Shown here: one piece after another, positions 24,604 through 35,175 of the stretch
Layout: each line of letters begins with the position of its first letter
How positions within the stretch are numbered: the stretch's first letter is position 1
Virus record (IMG/VR): IMGVR_UViG_3300030107_007800
Coordinates: 1 to 64,000 of that record
Strand: one strand, 5' to 3'
From: a virus
Length of the DNA: 64,000 nucleotides
Program-made: the position numbers and the translations under genes
Notes under the pieces: model-generated
The model's database searches: none
What the model was told of the DNA's origin: nothing
Seen by the model: only the letters and a program-made list of their open reading frames with translations

Positions 24604-25061
24604 TGTATTATGATGTTGTTGTTTTGAGTGGTGGCTTCGATCCTATGCACGTCGGTCATTTACGTATGATACAGGAATCAGCAAAGATGGCTCAAATTGT
24701 AATAGTTGGGGTTAATTCTGATGAGTGGCTAATGAGAAAAAAAGGGTATGTTTTCATGCCTTTGGAAGAAAGGCTAGAAATGGTTCAAGGCATCCGTGGA
24801 GTTGCAAAAGCTATGGAATTTGACGACAACGACAATAGTGCCTGCGATCTTTTGCATAGAGTTCGATCTTTATGGCCTGAATTCAAAGTAGCGTTTGCTA
24901 ATGGAGGCGACAGAACATCTGATAATATCCCAGAGATACCGGTTGCAGAAAAGCTTGGCGTTCATTTAATTTGGGGCGTTGGCGGAGGAAAAATCCAAAG
25001 CTCAAGCGACTTAGTTAATTCACACCCTCGATTTGCTTCACTTAAAGAAAAGGAAGAATAA
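24603..25061 (+). CDS. HxGH cytidylyltransferase
   Basis: SGGFDPMHVGH, NSD.WL..KKG, FANGGDR, KIQSSS. Confidence 0.88.
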   Translation: MYYDVVVLSGGFDPMHVGHLRMIQESAKMAQIVIVGVNSDEWLMRKKGYVFMPLEERLEMVQGIRGVAKAMEFDDNDNSACDLLHRVRSLWPEFKVAFANGGDRTSDNIPEIPVAEKLGVHLIWGVGGGKIQSSSDLVNSHPRFASLKEKEE

Positions 25062-25066
25062 TCGTA

Positions 25067-25912
25067 ATGAAAATAGCTTTTTTAGCTGACTTCTTTGTTG
25101 AGGATGGGATTAATGGCGGCGGAGAGCTTAACAATGAAGAGCTTATTAAGTTATTAAAAAATAAGGGAAATGATGTAACAAAATATCATACTCGTGGATT
25201 AACTATTGAGAAACTCCCAAATAAAGAAACAAAGTTAATTATCAGCAATTTTATTGGGTTGTCACAAGAAATAAAAGATTATATAACGGAAAATTATTCT
25301 TATATAATTTATGAACACGACCACAAATATCTTAAAACAAGAGACCCCTCAACGTTTAAGAACTACAAAGCTCCAGAAGACCAAATAATAAATAAACAAT
25401 TTTATAAGAGTTCCAATGCTGTCATATGCCAATCCAAGCTTCATATGAGAGTTGTTGAAAGAAATTTAAATTTAGATAATATTATTAGTGTTTCTGGTAA
25501 CTTGTGGTCCAAAGAGATGTTGGATTATTTGGAGAAAATATCAACATCTCAAGAAGAAAAATATGAAATTTGCTCCATTATGTATTCCAGTATTCCCAAT
25601 AAAAATGTAGAAGAATCTATACTCTATTGTAAGGTAAACGGCTTGAAGTCTGAAAAAATAATGCCGTGCTCTCATAGGGAATTCTTAACAAAATTAAATA
25701 AAAACAAAACTTTAGTGTTTTTTCCCAAGACACTAGAAACTCTATCTCGAATTGTTGTTGAGGCTAGGATGCTTAATTGTAGAGTGATAACGAATAGAAA
25801 AATAGGAGCCACCAGCGAAGATTGGTTTAAATTAAAGGGTCAACCACTTATTGACAAAATGAGAGAAAAAAGACAGTCAATCCCAGACATTGTTTTGGAG
25901 CATTTAAAATGA
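25067..25912 (+). CDS. GT-B-like glycosyltransferase
   Basis: GGGE N-terminus; ETLSRIVVEA (EX7E-like). Confidence 0.65.
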   Translation: MKIAFLADFFVEDGINGGGELNNEELIKLLKNKGNDVTKYHTRGLTIEKLPNKETKLIISNFIGLSQEIKDYITENYSYIIYEHDHKYLKTRDPSTFKNYKAPEDQIINKQFYKSSNAVICQSKLHMRVVERNLNLDNIISVSGNLWSKEMLDYLEKISTSQEEKYEICSIMYSSIPNKNVEESILYCKVNGLKSEKIMPCSHREFLTKLNKNKTLVFFPKTLETLSRIVVEARMLNCRVITNRKIGATSEDWFKLKGQPLIDKMREKRQSIPDIVLEHLK

Positions 25913-26847
25913 AGATATTGTTGACCACAAATAAAACATTAGTTAATATTGTAACTGGAAAATCTTGGGTTGATGGGGGTTATTACAACACATATCTTCC
26001 TTTAAAAGATATGGGTCACGATGTATATTTTTGGGACACTTGTAACCCGGATGAACCTGATTACTTAAAAGTAGTCAACGAATTTCAACCTGATTTAATT
26101 TTTTGTTGTGTAACTGGAGATCCAAGGATTACTCCATACGAAATTAATGCTATTGAGGTAATGTCCGATATAACAGAGAAGAGCGATATAAAAACATTTA
26201 ATTGGTTCTGCGATGACACTTGGAGATTTGATAATTTTTCCAGCCAAGCTTGTTGGTTTTTTAATGCATGCTCGACTCCTGAGCCCGATTATGTAGAGCG
26301 ATATAAACAAATAGGGTATGAAAACATAATTGTAGGAGGGTGGCATACTAATCAAAATTTTTATCCCAAACAAGAGGTTGAAAAAAAATACGATATTACA
26401 TTTATAGGTCAAATAAACAACTTGGATAGAAAAAATTATATGAATCATTTAAAAAGCAATGGTTTAAAGGTCGAAGCTTTTCACGGCTTGTCACACGAAG
26501 AGATGATGACAGTCTTGTGCCAGTCAAAGATAGGAATTAATTTTAGTAAAAATTATAATGGTAGACCAATAAGGACGCAAATGAAATTAAGACCATTTGA
26601 AATAGCTGCTGCTACGGGTACTATGGTTTTGAGCGAATACCATCACGGATTGGAGTACTTTTTTGATATTAATAAAGAAATAATATGCTTTACTAATGCT
26701 GAAGAAATGTTGCAAAAAGCCACGGCGTTATTGAATAACGATGCCTTAAGGGAAAAAATAGCCTTGAATGGCAATAAAAGATTTATCAAAGAACATAGCT
26801 CTCATAAAAGAATGGAGCATATCTTGAAGGAAATAGAAAAAATATGA
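25909..26847 (+). CDS. glycosyltransferase (Glyco_trans_1_2/CgeB-like)
   Basis: YDITFIG, SKIGIN, R.FEI..., G..R...EH....R. Confidence 0.8.
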   Translation: MKILLTTNKTLVNIVTGKSWVDGGYYNTYLPLKDMGHDVYFWDTCNPDEPDYLKVVNEFQPDLIFCCVTGDPRITPYEINAIEVMSDITEKSDIKTFNWFCDDTWRFDNFSSQACWFFNACSTPEPDYVERYKQIGYENIIVGGWHTNQNFYPKQEVEKKYDITFIGQINNLDRKNYMNHLKSNGLKVEAFHGLSHEEMMTVLCQSKIGINFSKNYNGRPIRTQMKLRPFEIAAATGTMVLSEYHHGLEYFFDINKEIICFTNAEEMLQKATALLNNDALREKIALNGNKRFIKEHSSHKRMEHILKEIEKI

Positions 26848-27827
26848 AAACAGTCTTTGTACAAGATCATAGTCACATAACAGGTGCAGGTCTTTGGATT
26901 TATCAAGGATATAAGAGGGCTTGGGAAAGCTTGGGCTATAAAGTAGTGTATATTAAAGGTGACGCATCCGAAGTTCAAGGTATGAGCCAGCTAGCATCTA
27001 ATGGTGAAGAATACCAAATTATGCTTACGGATGGATTTTGGGCGGCGGTTAATAGAGTTTGTGATCAATTTGGACAAAAAGACAAGTTTGATCATGCAAT
27101 GAATAATGCAAAAAATATATTTTTATTCGCACAGCCAACTAAATTTCCACCTCCTTGGGGATCTCATCCAAACTTTATTTCTTTATGCGATCCGGAACAT
27201 ATGGACGAGATAAATGGAAAAAATAATTACAAACTTTGGACATTTGCAGATGTACATAGCGGTAATGTTAAGGACACATTTTATCCAACTTGGAAAGATA
27301 TAGCCACTATTCCTTTGGCTTTTGATAATTTTTCTTATAAAAATCTTAAAGATGAGAAGTATAAATTTGATGTATGTTTTGTTGGGGGGAGAGCCAATAA
27401 TGGCTTTGATGAAAAATATCACATAATGATGAAGCATTTTTCCGCTTTTAAGGATTGTGGTTTGAAATGTGGGATATTTGTTAATAGAGGCTTAAGTCAC
27501 GAACAAGAGAATAAAATTCTTTATAATTCAAAAGTTGCTATAAACATACATGACGCCTACCAAAGAGAGCTTGGTTTGGATACAAACGAGAGAACGTTTA
27601 AAGCCTTGGGGCTAACAGGGGTGTTGGTTAGTGATGATATCGAGCAGGTAAAGAGATTATTTCCTAATGTAAAAACAAGCAATGATCCTGAACAAATGGT
27701 AAAATTTGTAAAAGAATATGTTAATATGCCTGAAGGCGAACTAGAAAAAATCAAAGAACAAAATAGAAAAATAATATTAGAAAAGCACACCTATACCAAT
27801 AGGGTAAAACAGATGATGGGGTTGTAA
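26844..27827 (+). CDS. glycosyltransferase (Glyco_trans_1_2/CgeB-like)
   Basis: FDVCFVG, SKVAINIH, NERTF, HTY.NR. Confidence 0.8.
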   Translation: MKTVFVQDHSHITGAGLWIYQGYKRAWESLGYKVVYIKGDASEVQGMSQLASNGEEYQIMLTDGFWAAVNRVCDQFGQKDKFDHAMNNAKNIFLFAQPTKFPPPWGSHPNFISLCDPEHMDEINGKNNYKLWTFADVHSGNVKDTFYPTWKDIATIPLAFDNFSYKNLKDEKYKFDVCFVGGRANNGFDEKYHIMMKHFSAFKDCGLKCGIFVNRGLSHEQENKILYNSKVAINIHDAYQRELGLDTNERTFKALGLTGVLVSDDIEQVKRLFPNVKTSNDPEQMVKFVKEYVNMPEGELEKIKEQNRKIILEKHTYTNRVKQMMGL

Positions 27828-28562
27828 ATGGTAATTGAGGCACCAAAAAATATACCAAAAGAAATGTTGCAAGGGTATTCTATGGACGACACGGTTCCAA
27901 TAAAGTACGCTTATAGGAATGATTGCGGTCAAGAATCTCAAGGAGAATATAACAATAACTATACGGCGGAAAAACTAGATCTTTTTATGAACATTATAAA
28001 GTCTGGCGGTGTCGGCGGATATAATATGACAGATATATGGATGTATCAGGCGTTAAAAAAATATCCAATAGATGGCAAGTCAGTTTGTATTGTTGGGTCA
28101 ACTGCCCCTTGGTATGAGGCTATGTCTTTAGTGTATGGTGCAAAAGAATGTACTGTTTTTGAGTATTCTGATAGAGAAAATTTCGATGATAAAATAAAAT
28201 ATATAAAGCCCCAAGAAATTGGTAATTCTCAATATGACATATGCATTTCGGTGTCATCGATAGAACATGATGGATTGGGAAGATATGGAGATCCACTTGA
28301 TCCAGACGGTGATCTTAGAGCTATGAAAGAGGCGAAACAATTCTTAAAAAAAGATGGTATAATGTTCTTGTCAATTCCAGCAGGGTATGATACAGTGTTC
28401 TTTAATGTTCATCGTGTTTATGGAGAGAAAAGACTTCCAATGCTGTTGAAAGGGTGGGATAAATTAGATGTTTTTGGAGAAAATCCGTTTACACTGAAAA
28501 ACAATATCAACAATGAAACATCATCAGATTACCAGCCCGTCTTTGTTTTAAAAAATGTGTGA
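27828..28562 (+). CDS. DUF268-like SAM-dependent methyltransferase-fold protein
   Basis: VGS..PW.E; SSIEHDGLGRYGDPLDP.GD; HRVYG. Confidence 0.75.
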   Translation: MVIEAPKNIPKEMLQGYSMDDTVPIKYAYRNDCGQESQGEYNNNYTAEKLDLFMNIIKSGGVGGYNMTDIWMYQALKKYPIDGKSVCIVGSTAPWYEAMSLVYGAKECTVFEYSDRENFDDKIKYIKPQEIGNSQYDICISVSSIEHDGLGRYGDPLDPDGDLRAMKEAKQFLKKDGIMFLSIPAGYDTVFFNVHRVYGEKRLPMLLKGWDKLDVFGENPFTLKNNINNETSSDYQPVFVLKNV

Positions 28563-28568
28563 AGTAAT

Positions 28569-29312
28569 ATGTCAAGCCCAAGTAATCCAAAAATATCGAT
28601 AATTATACCCTGCTATAATTCTGAAAAGTGGATCACCCGCTCTGTAAATTCAGCGTTAAATCAAGATTATAAATTTACGGAGGTTATAGTCGTTGACAAT
28701 GAAAGCACTGATGATAGTTTACAGATAATAAAAAACATACAAAAACAAAACAAGAGATTAATTGTTAGCACGGCTCCTAATTTATATAAATATTCTTGGA
28801 CAGAACCTGTAGAAGAAGCCTTATCATTATGTAGTGGGGAGTATTTTACTATTTTGGGTTCTGATGATTACATATCCAACGAATATGTAGAAAATATTTC
28901 TAACATAATAAAAAAAAGTAATGGCAAAATTGAGGTTTTTCAAAGTCCAATAAGGGGTGTTGACTCTCAAGAAAGCGCACTGAATGATATTGGGCACCAT
29001 TATAAGAATTTAACAGAATTTAAGAACAAGTTATTTACAGGGTGCCCAGTTAACACACCAGCCGTTGTATATAAAAAATGCTTACACGAAGAAGGTAATA
29101 TTTTTTGGGATTCTGAACAATATCTTGGATCTGCTGATTATAATTTGTATTTCCACCTTGCAGATAAGAAAAAATTTGTATATCCTTTCCCTAAATGGAT
29201 TGGTTATTATTATAGGTGGCACTCCGAACAGTCAACGTGGGGAATGCAAAAAGAAGTAACAAGATATGATGAAATAATCAAAGATAAATGGAGAAAAAAG
29301 TGGAATCTTTGA
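28569..29312 (+). CDS. GT2 family glycosyltransferase
   Basis: SIIIPCYN, VVDNESTD, LGSDD. Confidence 0.9.
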   Translation: MSSPSNPKISIIIPCYNSEKWITRSVNSALNQDYKFTEVIVVDNESTDDSLQIIKNIQKQNKRLIVSTAPNLYKYSWTEPVEEALSLCSGEYFTILGSDDYISNEYVENISNIIKKSNGKIEVFQSPIRGVDSQESALNDIGHHYKNLTEFKNKLFTGCPVNTPAVVYKKCLHEEGNIFWDSEQYLGSADYNLYFHLADKKKFVYPFPKWIGYYYRWHSEQSTWGMQKEVTRYDEIIKDKWRKKWNL

Positions 29313-31096
29313 CAGTATCGGATTACATATTTAAAAAATTGTCTCAAGTTGGCATCAAGCATACGTTTACTATAACGGGCGGCGGAGCGATGTTTTTAAA
29401 TGACTCTGCACATAGAAATAGTAACATAGAGGTTATTTGTAATCACCACGAGCAAGCATCCGCAATGGCTGCGGTTGCATGTTCAAAGTATACAAATAAT
29501 TATTCTTGCGTAATGGTAACTACTGGGTGCGGTTCAACAAATGCTATCACCGGCTTGTTAGAAGCTTGGCAAGACAATTTACCAGTTGTTTTTTTGTCTG
29601 GGCAAGTCAATTCTCATCAAACTAGTAAAGATTTTAATCTTGGATTAAGGCAAGTTGGCGTTCAAGAGGCTGATATAATATCGGTTGTCAAACCAATGAC
29701 AAAATATGCAAAGATGATAAAGAACCCTGCCGACATAAGATATGAGCTTGAAAAGGCTTTGTATATTGCCAAAGATGGCAGACCCGGACCTGTGTGGCTT
29801 GATATACCGCTTGATATTCAAGGGGCGCACATTAGGGAAAGAGATCTTAAATCATACGAAGTCGTAAAAAATAATTGTCACAATAGCGATGATGAAATAG
29901 AGGAATTTTTAAATAATTTAAAATTGTTCAAAAGACCAGTTGTTCTGGCTGGAAATGGTGTGAGGCTGTCGGGGGCAACCAAAGAGATAAATGATTTTGT
30001 AATAAATAAAAATATTCCAATGGTTAACACGTTTTTAAGCGCAGATCTTATGCACAGTGAGCATTATCTAAATGTGGGTAGAGTTGGAATTAAGGGCAAT
30101 AGAGCGGCAAATTTTGCAATGCAAAATGCTGATCTTTTGATTGTAATAGGGTGCAGATTAAGTGTTGCAACAACTGGTTATAAATATCATTATTTTGCTA
30201 GAGGCGCTAAAGTTGTTGTTATAGATATTGATGAACAGGAACACAAAAAAGAAACTGTAAAAATTGATAAATTTATAAAATCTGATGCAAAAAAGTTTTT
30301 AAATAAGTGTAATAAATACGACTTCATAGCGCCAACGAAGTGGTCAGAGGAATGCTATAAGTGGAAAAATAATTGGGATAAACTGCCACAGGGAGCGGAT
30401 GATGATAGTGAGGGGATTAGTATGTATTATTTCATGAATCATCTGTCAAAAAATAATAAACAAAATTCTGTTGTTGTTTCGGATGCTGGATCAGCATATT
30501 ACGTTACAAGTCAATCACTGAGAATATCTGGCGAACAAAGATATATAACTTCGGGAGCACAAGCGGATATGGGCTTTACGATACCAGCCTGCATTGGGAT
30601 ATCTAGTGCTTCAAACAAAAGATTGGATGTTATAGGCATAACTGGGGATGGATCATTTCAAACAAACTTGCAAGAACTACAGACAATAAAACACCATAAT
30701 TACCCGATAAAAATATTTGTTTTAAATAATGAAGGTTATCTCTCCATTAGAACAACTCAAAGAAAATTTTTCAATGATAGATTTGTTGGAACTGATAAAG
30801 AGTCGGGGATATCTTTCCCAAAAACCTCTGACATTGCCAGAGCATATGGAATAAAATATTTTTCTTTTAAAACAAATAAAGAAGTGGAAAACAACATTAA
30901 AGATGTGTTAGAATTTGATGGACCATTGATATGTGAGGTAAGTTGTAGAAAATGGGATCAGGTTTTACCCACCATCAGTTCCAAGAAAACACCTGATGGC
31001 AAGATGGTGTCAAAACCTTTAGAAGATATGTTTCCTTTCTTAACTAGAGAGGAATTTAATGATAATATGATCGTCGAGCCATTACCGGAGGATTAA
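29288..31096 (+). CDS. ThDP-dependent acetolactate-synthase-like carboligase (YerE-like)
   Basis: TGGG, HHEQ, GRPGPVWLDIP, GDGS...N ThDP motif; located inside a sugar cluster. Confidence 0.85.
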   Translation: MEKKVESLTVSDYIFKKLSQVGIKHTFTITGGGAMFLNDSAHRNSNIEVICNHHEQASAMAAVACSKYTNNYSCVMVTTGCGSTNAITGLLEAWQDNLPVVFLSGQVNSHQTSKDFNLGLRQVGVQEADIISVVKPMTKYAKMIKNPADIRYELEKALYIAKDGRPGPVWLDIPLDIQGAHIRERDLKSYEVVKNNCHNSDDEIEEFLNNLKLFKRPVVLAGNGVRLSGATKEINDFVINKNIPMVNTFLSADLMHSEHYLNVGRVGIKGNRAANFAMQNADLLIVIGCRLSVATTGYKYHYFARGAKVVVIDIDEQEHKKETVKIDKFIKSDAKKFLNKCNKYDFIAPTKWSEECYKWKNNWDKLPQGADDDSEGISMYYFMNHLSKNNKQNSVVVSDAGSAYYVTSQSLRISGEQRYITSGAQADMGFTIPACIGISSASNKRLDVIGITGDGSFQTNLQELQTIKHHNYPIKIFVLNNEGYLSIRTTQRKFFNDRFVGTDKESGISFPKTSDIARAYGIKYFSFKTNKEVENNIKDVLEFDGPLICEVSCRKWDQVLPTISSKKTPDGKMVSKPLEDMFPFLTREEFNDNMIVEPLPED

Positions 31097-31097
31097 A

Positions 31098-32066
31098 ATG
31101 CCAGCAGATGATAAAAATAAAGTTACTATTTTAAAATTAAGAAGACAAAAAGAACAAAATCAAAAGACTGTTCTCACAACAGCATATGATTATCCACAGG
31201 CAACCATTGCAGATGGTGCGGGGGTTGATTGCATATTAGTTGGAGATTCAGCAGGGATGACAACTTTCGGATATAAAACAACAATTCCAGTGACTATGGA
31301 TCAAATGATTACTTGCTGCGAGTCTGTATCTAGGGGTGCAAAAAATTCTTTTTTGATTGGGGATATGCCATATATGTCCTATCAGGTATCGAATGAAGAG
31401 GCTGTAATTAACGCTGGTAGATTCATTCGCGCTGGTATGGATTGTGTAAAGGTTGAGGGAGCTATGGTCGATAGGATTAAGGCGATCTCAGATGCTGGCA
31501 TTATGGTTATGAGCCACTTGGGATTAACGCCTCACACTAGGGCTATGTTGGGCGGCTATAGAGTTCAAGGAAAGACAGCGGAAGGTGCAGAGTACATTCT
31601 TAAACAAGCACTAGAGCTTCAGGAAGCTGGGTGTACATTTCTTCTTTTGGAGGGCATGCCAAGGGAATCTGCAAAAATGATCAGAGATGAGTTATCAATC
31701 CCTGTTTATGGAATTGGGGCAGGGGATATGGTTGATGGTCAATTAGTTATTTTTCACGATCTGATGGGCTTGTTCTGGGAGTTTAAATCTAAGTTTGTAA
31801 AGAGGTATTGTGAGGCAGGATTAATGATGCAGGAGTCACTTAAACAATATGCTCATGAAGTCAGGACAGGCGCGTTCCCAGCAGAAGAAAACTTTTACGC
31901 TATTAAAGAAGAAGAGCTTGAAAAATTGTTATCCGGGGGCAATTGGAAAACTGAAAAGATAATTTATGAAACAGACCAAGGCTTTCCGACTAACCATTCA
32001 GCAACCCCTAATACGACACAGATTAATTGGCAAGCCTATATGAAACACGGCGATGCCTCTGATTAG
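31098..32066 (+). CDS. panB: ketopantoate hydroxymethyltransferase-family enzyme
   Basis: TAYD, LVGDS, DMP, KVEG, HLGLTP, GIGAG..DGQ; C-terminal extension. Confidence 0.9.
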   Translation: MPADDKNKVTILKLRRQKEQNQKTVLTTAYDYPQATIADGAGVDCILVGDSAGMTTFGYKTTIPVTMDQMITCCESVSRGAKNSFLIGDMPYMSYQVSNEEAVINAGRFIRAGMDCVKVEGAMVDRIKAISDAGIMVMSHLGLTPHTRAMLGGYRVQGKTAEGAEYILKQALELQEAGCTFLLLEGMPRESAKMIRDELSIPVYGIGAGDMVDGQLVIFHDLMGLFWEFKSKFVKRYCEAGLMMQESLKQYAHEVRTGAFPAEENFYAIKEEELEKLLSGGNWKTEKIIYETDQGFPTNHSATPNTTQINWQAYMKHGDASD

Positions 32067-32068
32067 CG

Positions 32069-32917
32069 GTGTCGATGAACATATTAATCACAGGTGGTAA
32101 TGGGTTTATTGCCAAAAACATTTACCAAACAATCAAAGACGATCATAATGTCCATCTGACAAACAGGAAAACGTTAGACATCCTAGACAAAGAACAGGTA
32201 AGTGTTTATTTCGATAACCACCAGATAGATGTTGTGATCCACACAGCAGTATCTGGGGGCAGCAGGATCAAGGAAGATGGTCCGGGCGCACTAATAAACA
32301 ATTTAGTAATGTTTGATAATCTTGTTAAAAACAATCACAAGTTTGGTTCGTTAATTCATTTTGGCTCTGGTGCTGAATTTGATAGGAGAACCGATATTAA
32401 ATCAGCAAAAGAAGATGATGAATCTAGTCCTGTTGATTATTATGGACTATCAAAAAAAATTATTAAAAGACAAATAGATAAAATAGATAACTTTTATAAC
32501 TTGAGAATATTTGGTTGCTTTGGCGTTGGTGAGGCAGACACAAGATTTGTAAAATCAGCAATCAAAAATGTGAGAAATGGAAATCCAATAGTAATACATC
32601 AGAACAGATATATGGATTTTGTCTATGTCGGCGATCTCTGCAAAGTAGTGCGATATTACATTAAAAATATTGCAAAAAAAAACTTACCAAAAGATGTCAA
32701 TTTGTGCTATAATAACAGCAAATCGTTACTAGATGTGGCAAATAAAATTAATGAATTTATGGGAAAGCCAAGTAATAACGTAAACATTGAGAAGTCCGAG
32801 TTTTACACAGAATATACTGGAAACGGCGATAGATTAGAGTCGCTAGGAATAGATTTAGTTGGTCTAGATGAGGGGTTGAAAAGAACAATAGAATGGCAAA
32901 AGACATTAATCAATTAA
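32069..32917 (+). CDS. NAD-dependent epimerase/reductase (extended SDR)
   Basis: TGGNGFIA, YGLSK, LRIFG. Confidence 0.85.
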   Translation: MSMNILITGGNGFIAKNIYQTIKDDHNVHLTNRKTLDILDKEQVSVYFDNHQIDVVIHTAVSGGSRIKEDGPGALINNLVMFDNLVKNNHKFGSLIHFGSGAEFDRRTDIKSAKEDDESSPVDYYGLSKKIIKRQIDKIDNFYNLRIFGCFGVGEADTRFVKSAIKNVRNGNPIVIHQNRYMDFVYVGDLCKVVRYYIKNIAKKNLPKDVNLCYNNSKSLLDVANKINEFMGKPSNNVNIEKSEFYTEYTGNGDRLESLGIDLVGLDEGLKRTIEWQKTLIN

Positions 32918-34224
32918 TTAAAGATTGTTTAGAATATATTAGCGAGAATAGACCCCAAAATGATTGGGTTTCATACTCAGGTCCTATTCTGGATGACGAT
33001 GAATATGCAGCTGCTTTGAGGGTAATTCTTCAAGACTGGTCTAAAAATTGGCTTATTTTTGGCAAGAAGGCTAGGGAGTTTGAACTTGAGTTTCCAAAAT
33101 ATTTGGGTACTAAATTTGGATCTTACACAAACTCTGGTAGTTCTGCGAACCTTCTTGCGATATCTTCGTTGACATCAAAGTCGGGATTTAATTTACCAAA
33201 AGGATCAAAAGTATTAACGCCAGTTGTATGCTTTCCCACTACTTTAAATCCAATCATTCAGAGTGGATTAAAGCCAGTGTTTGTTGACGTCACACTGCCG
33301 GATTTAAACCTAGATTTAGATCAAACAGAGGAATTATTAAAAAAGGACCCTGATATTAGGGCGATTGTTTTTGCACATGTCCTTGGCAATCCCCCCGATA
33401 TGGAAAGGGTTATGATGTTGGTTGATCAATATGATCTGGTTTTTATTGAAGACGCTTGTGATGCCCTCGGATCTTTTTACGACGGTCAAAAACTGGGATC
33501 TTTTGGACACATTTCAACCTGCTCTTTCTTCCCAGCGCATCATATGACAACTGGAGAAGGCGGGTTTGTTGCAACAAATCGTTCAAAATTGAGAAAGTCT
33601 ATTGCAAGTCTGAGAGATTGGGGTAGAGCTTGCTATTGTAACACATCTAAGCCCGGATCTGTAATTGACGGAACTGCTTGTGGAAATAGGTTCAAAAACT
33701 GGTTAGTTGGAATGCCAGATACAACCTATGATCATCGCTATGTTTTTGATGAGATAGGATATAATTTAAAGCCCCTCGACATTCAAGCAGCAATAGGGCT
33801 TGAACAGCTTAAGAAACTTCCATATTTGGAGGCAAGTCGTAGAAAAAACTTTGATAAGTTACAAGAAATATTTAGCAAATATGAAGATTATTTTCACTTG
33901 CCACAAGCAACTGAAAAATCTGACCCTTGCTGGTTTGCTTATCTTTTAACTGTAAAAAAAGGTAGTCCATTTACAAGGCAACAATTTGTTGATTTCTTGG
34001 AAGAAAATAAAATTCAAACAAGATCTTATTTTTCTGGCAATATCTTGGCTCATCCGGGATACAATCACTTGGCTGATGAATATGAAGATATTCAAAAAGA
34101 ATTCCCAATTGCTACATATTCTACCATTAATTCGTTCTTTTTGGGCACATATGCTGGTATAAATGACGAAAAAATGGCTTATATTGGTGAAATTGTTGAT
34201 AAATTCTTTGAGGAAAGAGTATGA
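32893..34224 (+). CDS. rfbH: NDP-4-keto-6-deoxyglucose 3-dehydrase (RfbH/DdhC, E1)
   Basis: NSGSSAN, SFFPAHHMTTGEGG (His replacing the aminotransferase Lys), DWGR.C.C [2Fe-2S] motif. Confidence 0.88.
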   Translation: MAKDINQLIKDCLEYISENRPQNDWVSYSGPILDDDEYAAALRVILQDWSKNWLIFGKKAREFELEFPKYLGTKFGSYTNSGSSANLLAISSLTSKSGFNLPKGSKVLTPVVCFPTTLNPIIQSGLKPVFVDVTLPDLNLDLDQTEELLKKDPDIRAIVFAHVLGNPPDMERVMMLVDQYDLVFIEDACDALGSFYDGQKLGSFGHISTCSFFPAHHMTTGEGGFVATNRSKLRKSIASLRDWGRACYCNTSKPGSVIDGTACGNRFKNWLVGMPDTTYDHRYVFDEIGYNLKPLDIQAAIGLEQLKKLPYLEASRRKNFDKLQEIFSKYEDYFHLPQATEKSDPCWFAYLLTVKKGSPFTRQQFVDFLEENKIQTRSYFSGNILAHPGYNHLADEYEDIQKEFPIATYSTINSFFLGTYAGINDEKMAYIGEIVDKFFEERV

Positions 34225-35171
34225 AAATTGTATATGTTACGGGCTGTTTGGGGTTTATTGGATCCTACGTTACCAGAAAATGCCTTGAAAAAGGCTGGAT
34301 GGTCTATGGAGTTGACAAGTGTACTTACGCAGCTAACACAGATTTAATCGAAGAGTTCACAAAACATTCAAATTTTAGGTTTGAAAGGGCGGATATTAAA
34401 GATTTAGACCACTTATATGACTGTGATTATGTAATAAACACAGCAGCAGAGTCACATGTTGCCAATAGCATTGTTAGTAGTGATAAATTCCTTGAAACCA
34501 ACGTTTTGGGCACTAAAAACCTGCTAGAATTAATCAGAAGTAAGCAAAAAAACGTAGGAAAGAGACCGATTTTGTTACATTTTAGCACCGATGAAGTCTA
34601 TGGAGACATTGTAAGTGGCAATCATAGTGAAAATGATCTTCTGAAGCCTAGCAATCCGTATTCTGCATCAAAAGCAGCGGCGGATATGCTTGTTTTGGCG
34701 TGGGCTAGGACCTATGACCTTCAATATAACATAGTTAGACCAGCAAATAATTATGGTATAGGGCAATATCCCGAGAAATTAATACCATTAACAATAAAAA
34801 ACCTTAATCGTGGAAGAAAAACTTGTCTGCACAACAATGGTGAACCTTACAGGTGCTGGCTTCACGCAGATGATACAGCCGAAGCAGTAATAAGGATCAT
34901 TGAAAGTGGAAAGTTAAATGAAATTTACAATATTTCTGGTCATGAAGAGCACAAAAATATCCATACAGTACAGAAAATAATTGAATCCTACGGATACAAC
35001 ATTGGTGATATAAACAAGTATGTAGATTTCACATATTCTAGACAGGGGCAGGATGTAAGATATTCGGTTGATGACGAAAAGTTGCAATCTTTGGGGTGGT
35101 ATCCTAAAAAGAAATTTGATGAAGAAATAGAAAGTATAGTAGAGTTTTATAAAAATAAATTTATTTGGTGA
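34221..35171 (+). CDS. rfbB: dTDP-glucose 4,6-dehydratase-like
   Basis: TG..GFIGS, AAESHV, STDEVYG, PYSASK, NNYG..QYPEKLIP. Confidence 0.88.
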   Translation: MKIVYVTGCLGFIGSYVTRKCLEKGWMVYGVDKCTYAANTDLIEEFTKHSNFRFERADIKDLDHLYDCDYVINTAAESHVANSIVSSDKFLETNVLGTKNLLELIRSKQKNVGKRPILLHFSTDEVYGDIVSGNHSENDLLKPSNPYSASKAAADMLVLAWARTYDLQYNIVRPANNYGIGQYPEKLIPLTIKNLNRGRKTCLHNNGEPYRCWLHADDTAEAVIRIIESGKLNEIYNISGHEEHKNIHTVQKIIESYGYNIGDINKYVDFTYSRQGQDVRYSVDDEKLQSLGWYPKKKFDEEIESIVEFYKNKFIW

Positions 35172-35175
35172 GAAT

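Noticed and set aside
29288-32066. Housekeeping branched-chain amino acid/pantothenate operon (ilvB-panB)
   Set aside because: No ilvN/ilvC/ilvD/panC; the genes are coupled to NDP-sugar enzymes. Not fully excluded, but less parsimonious
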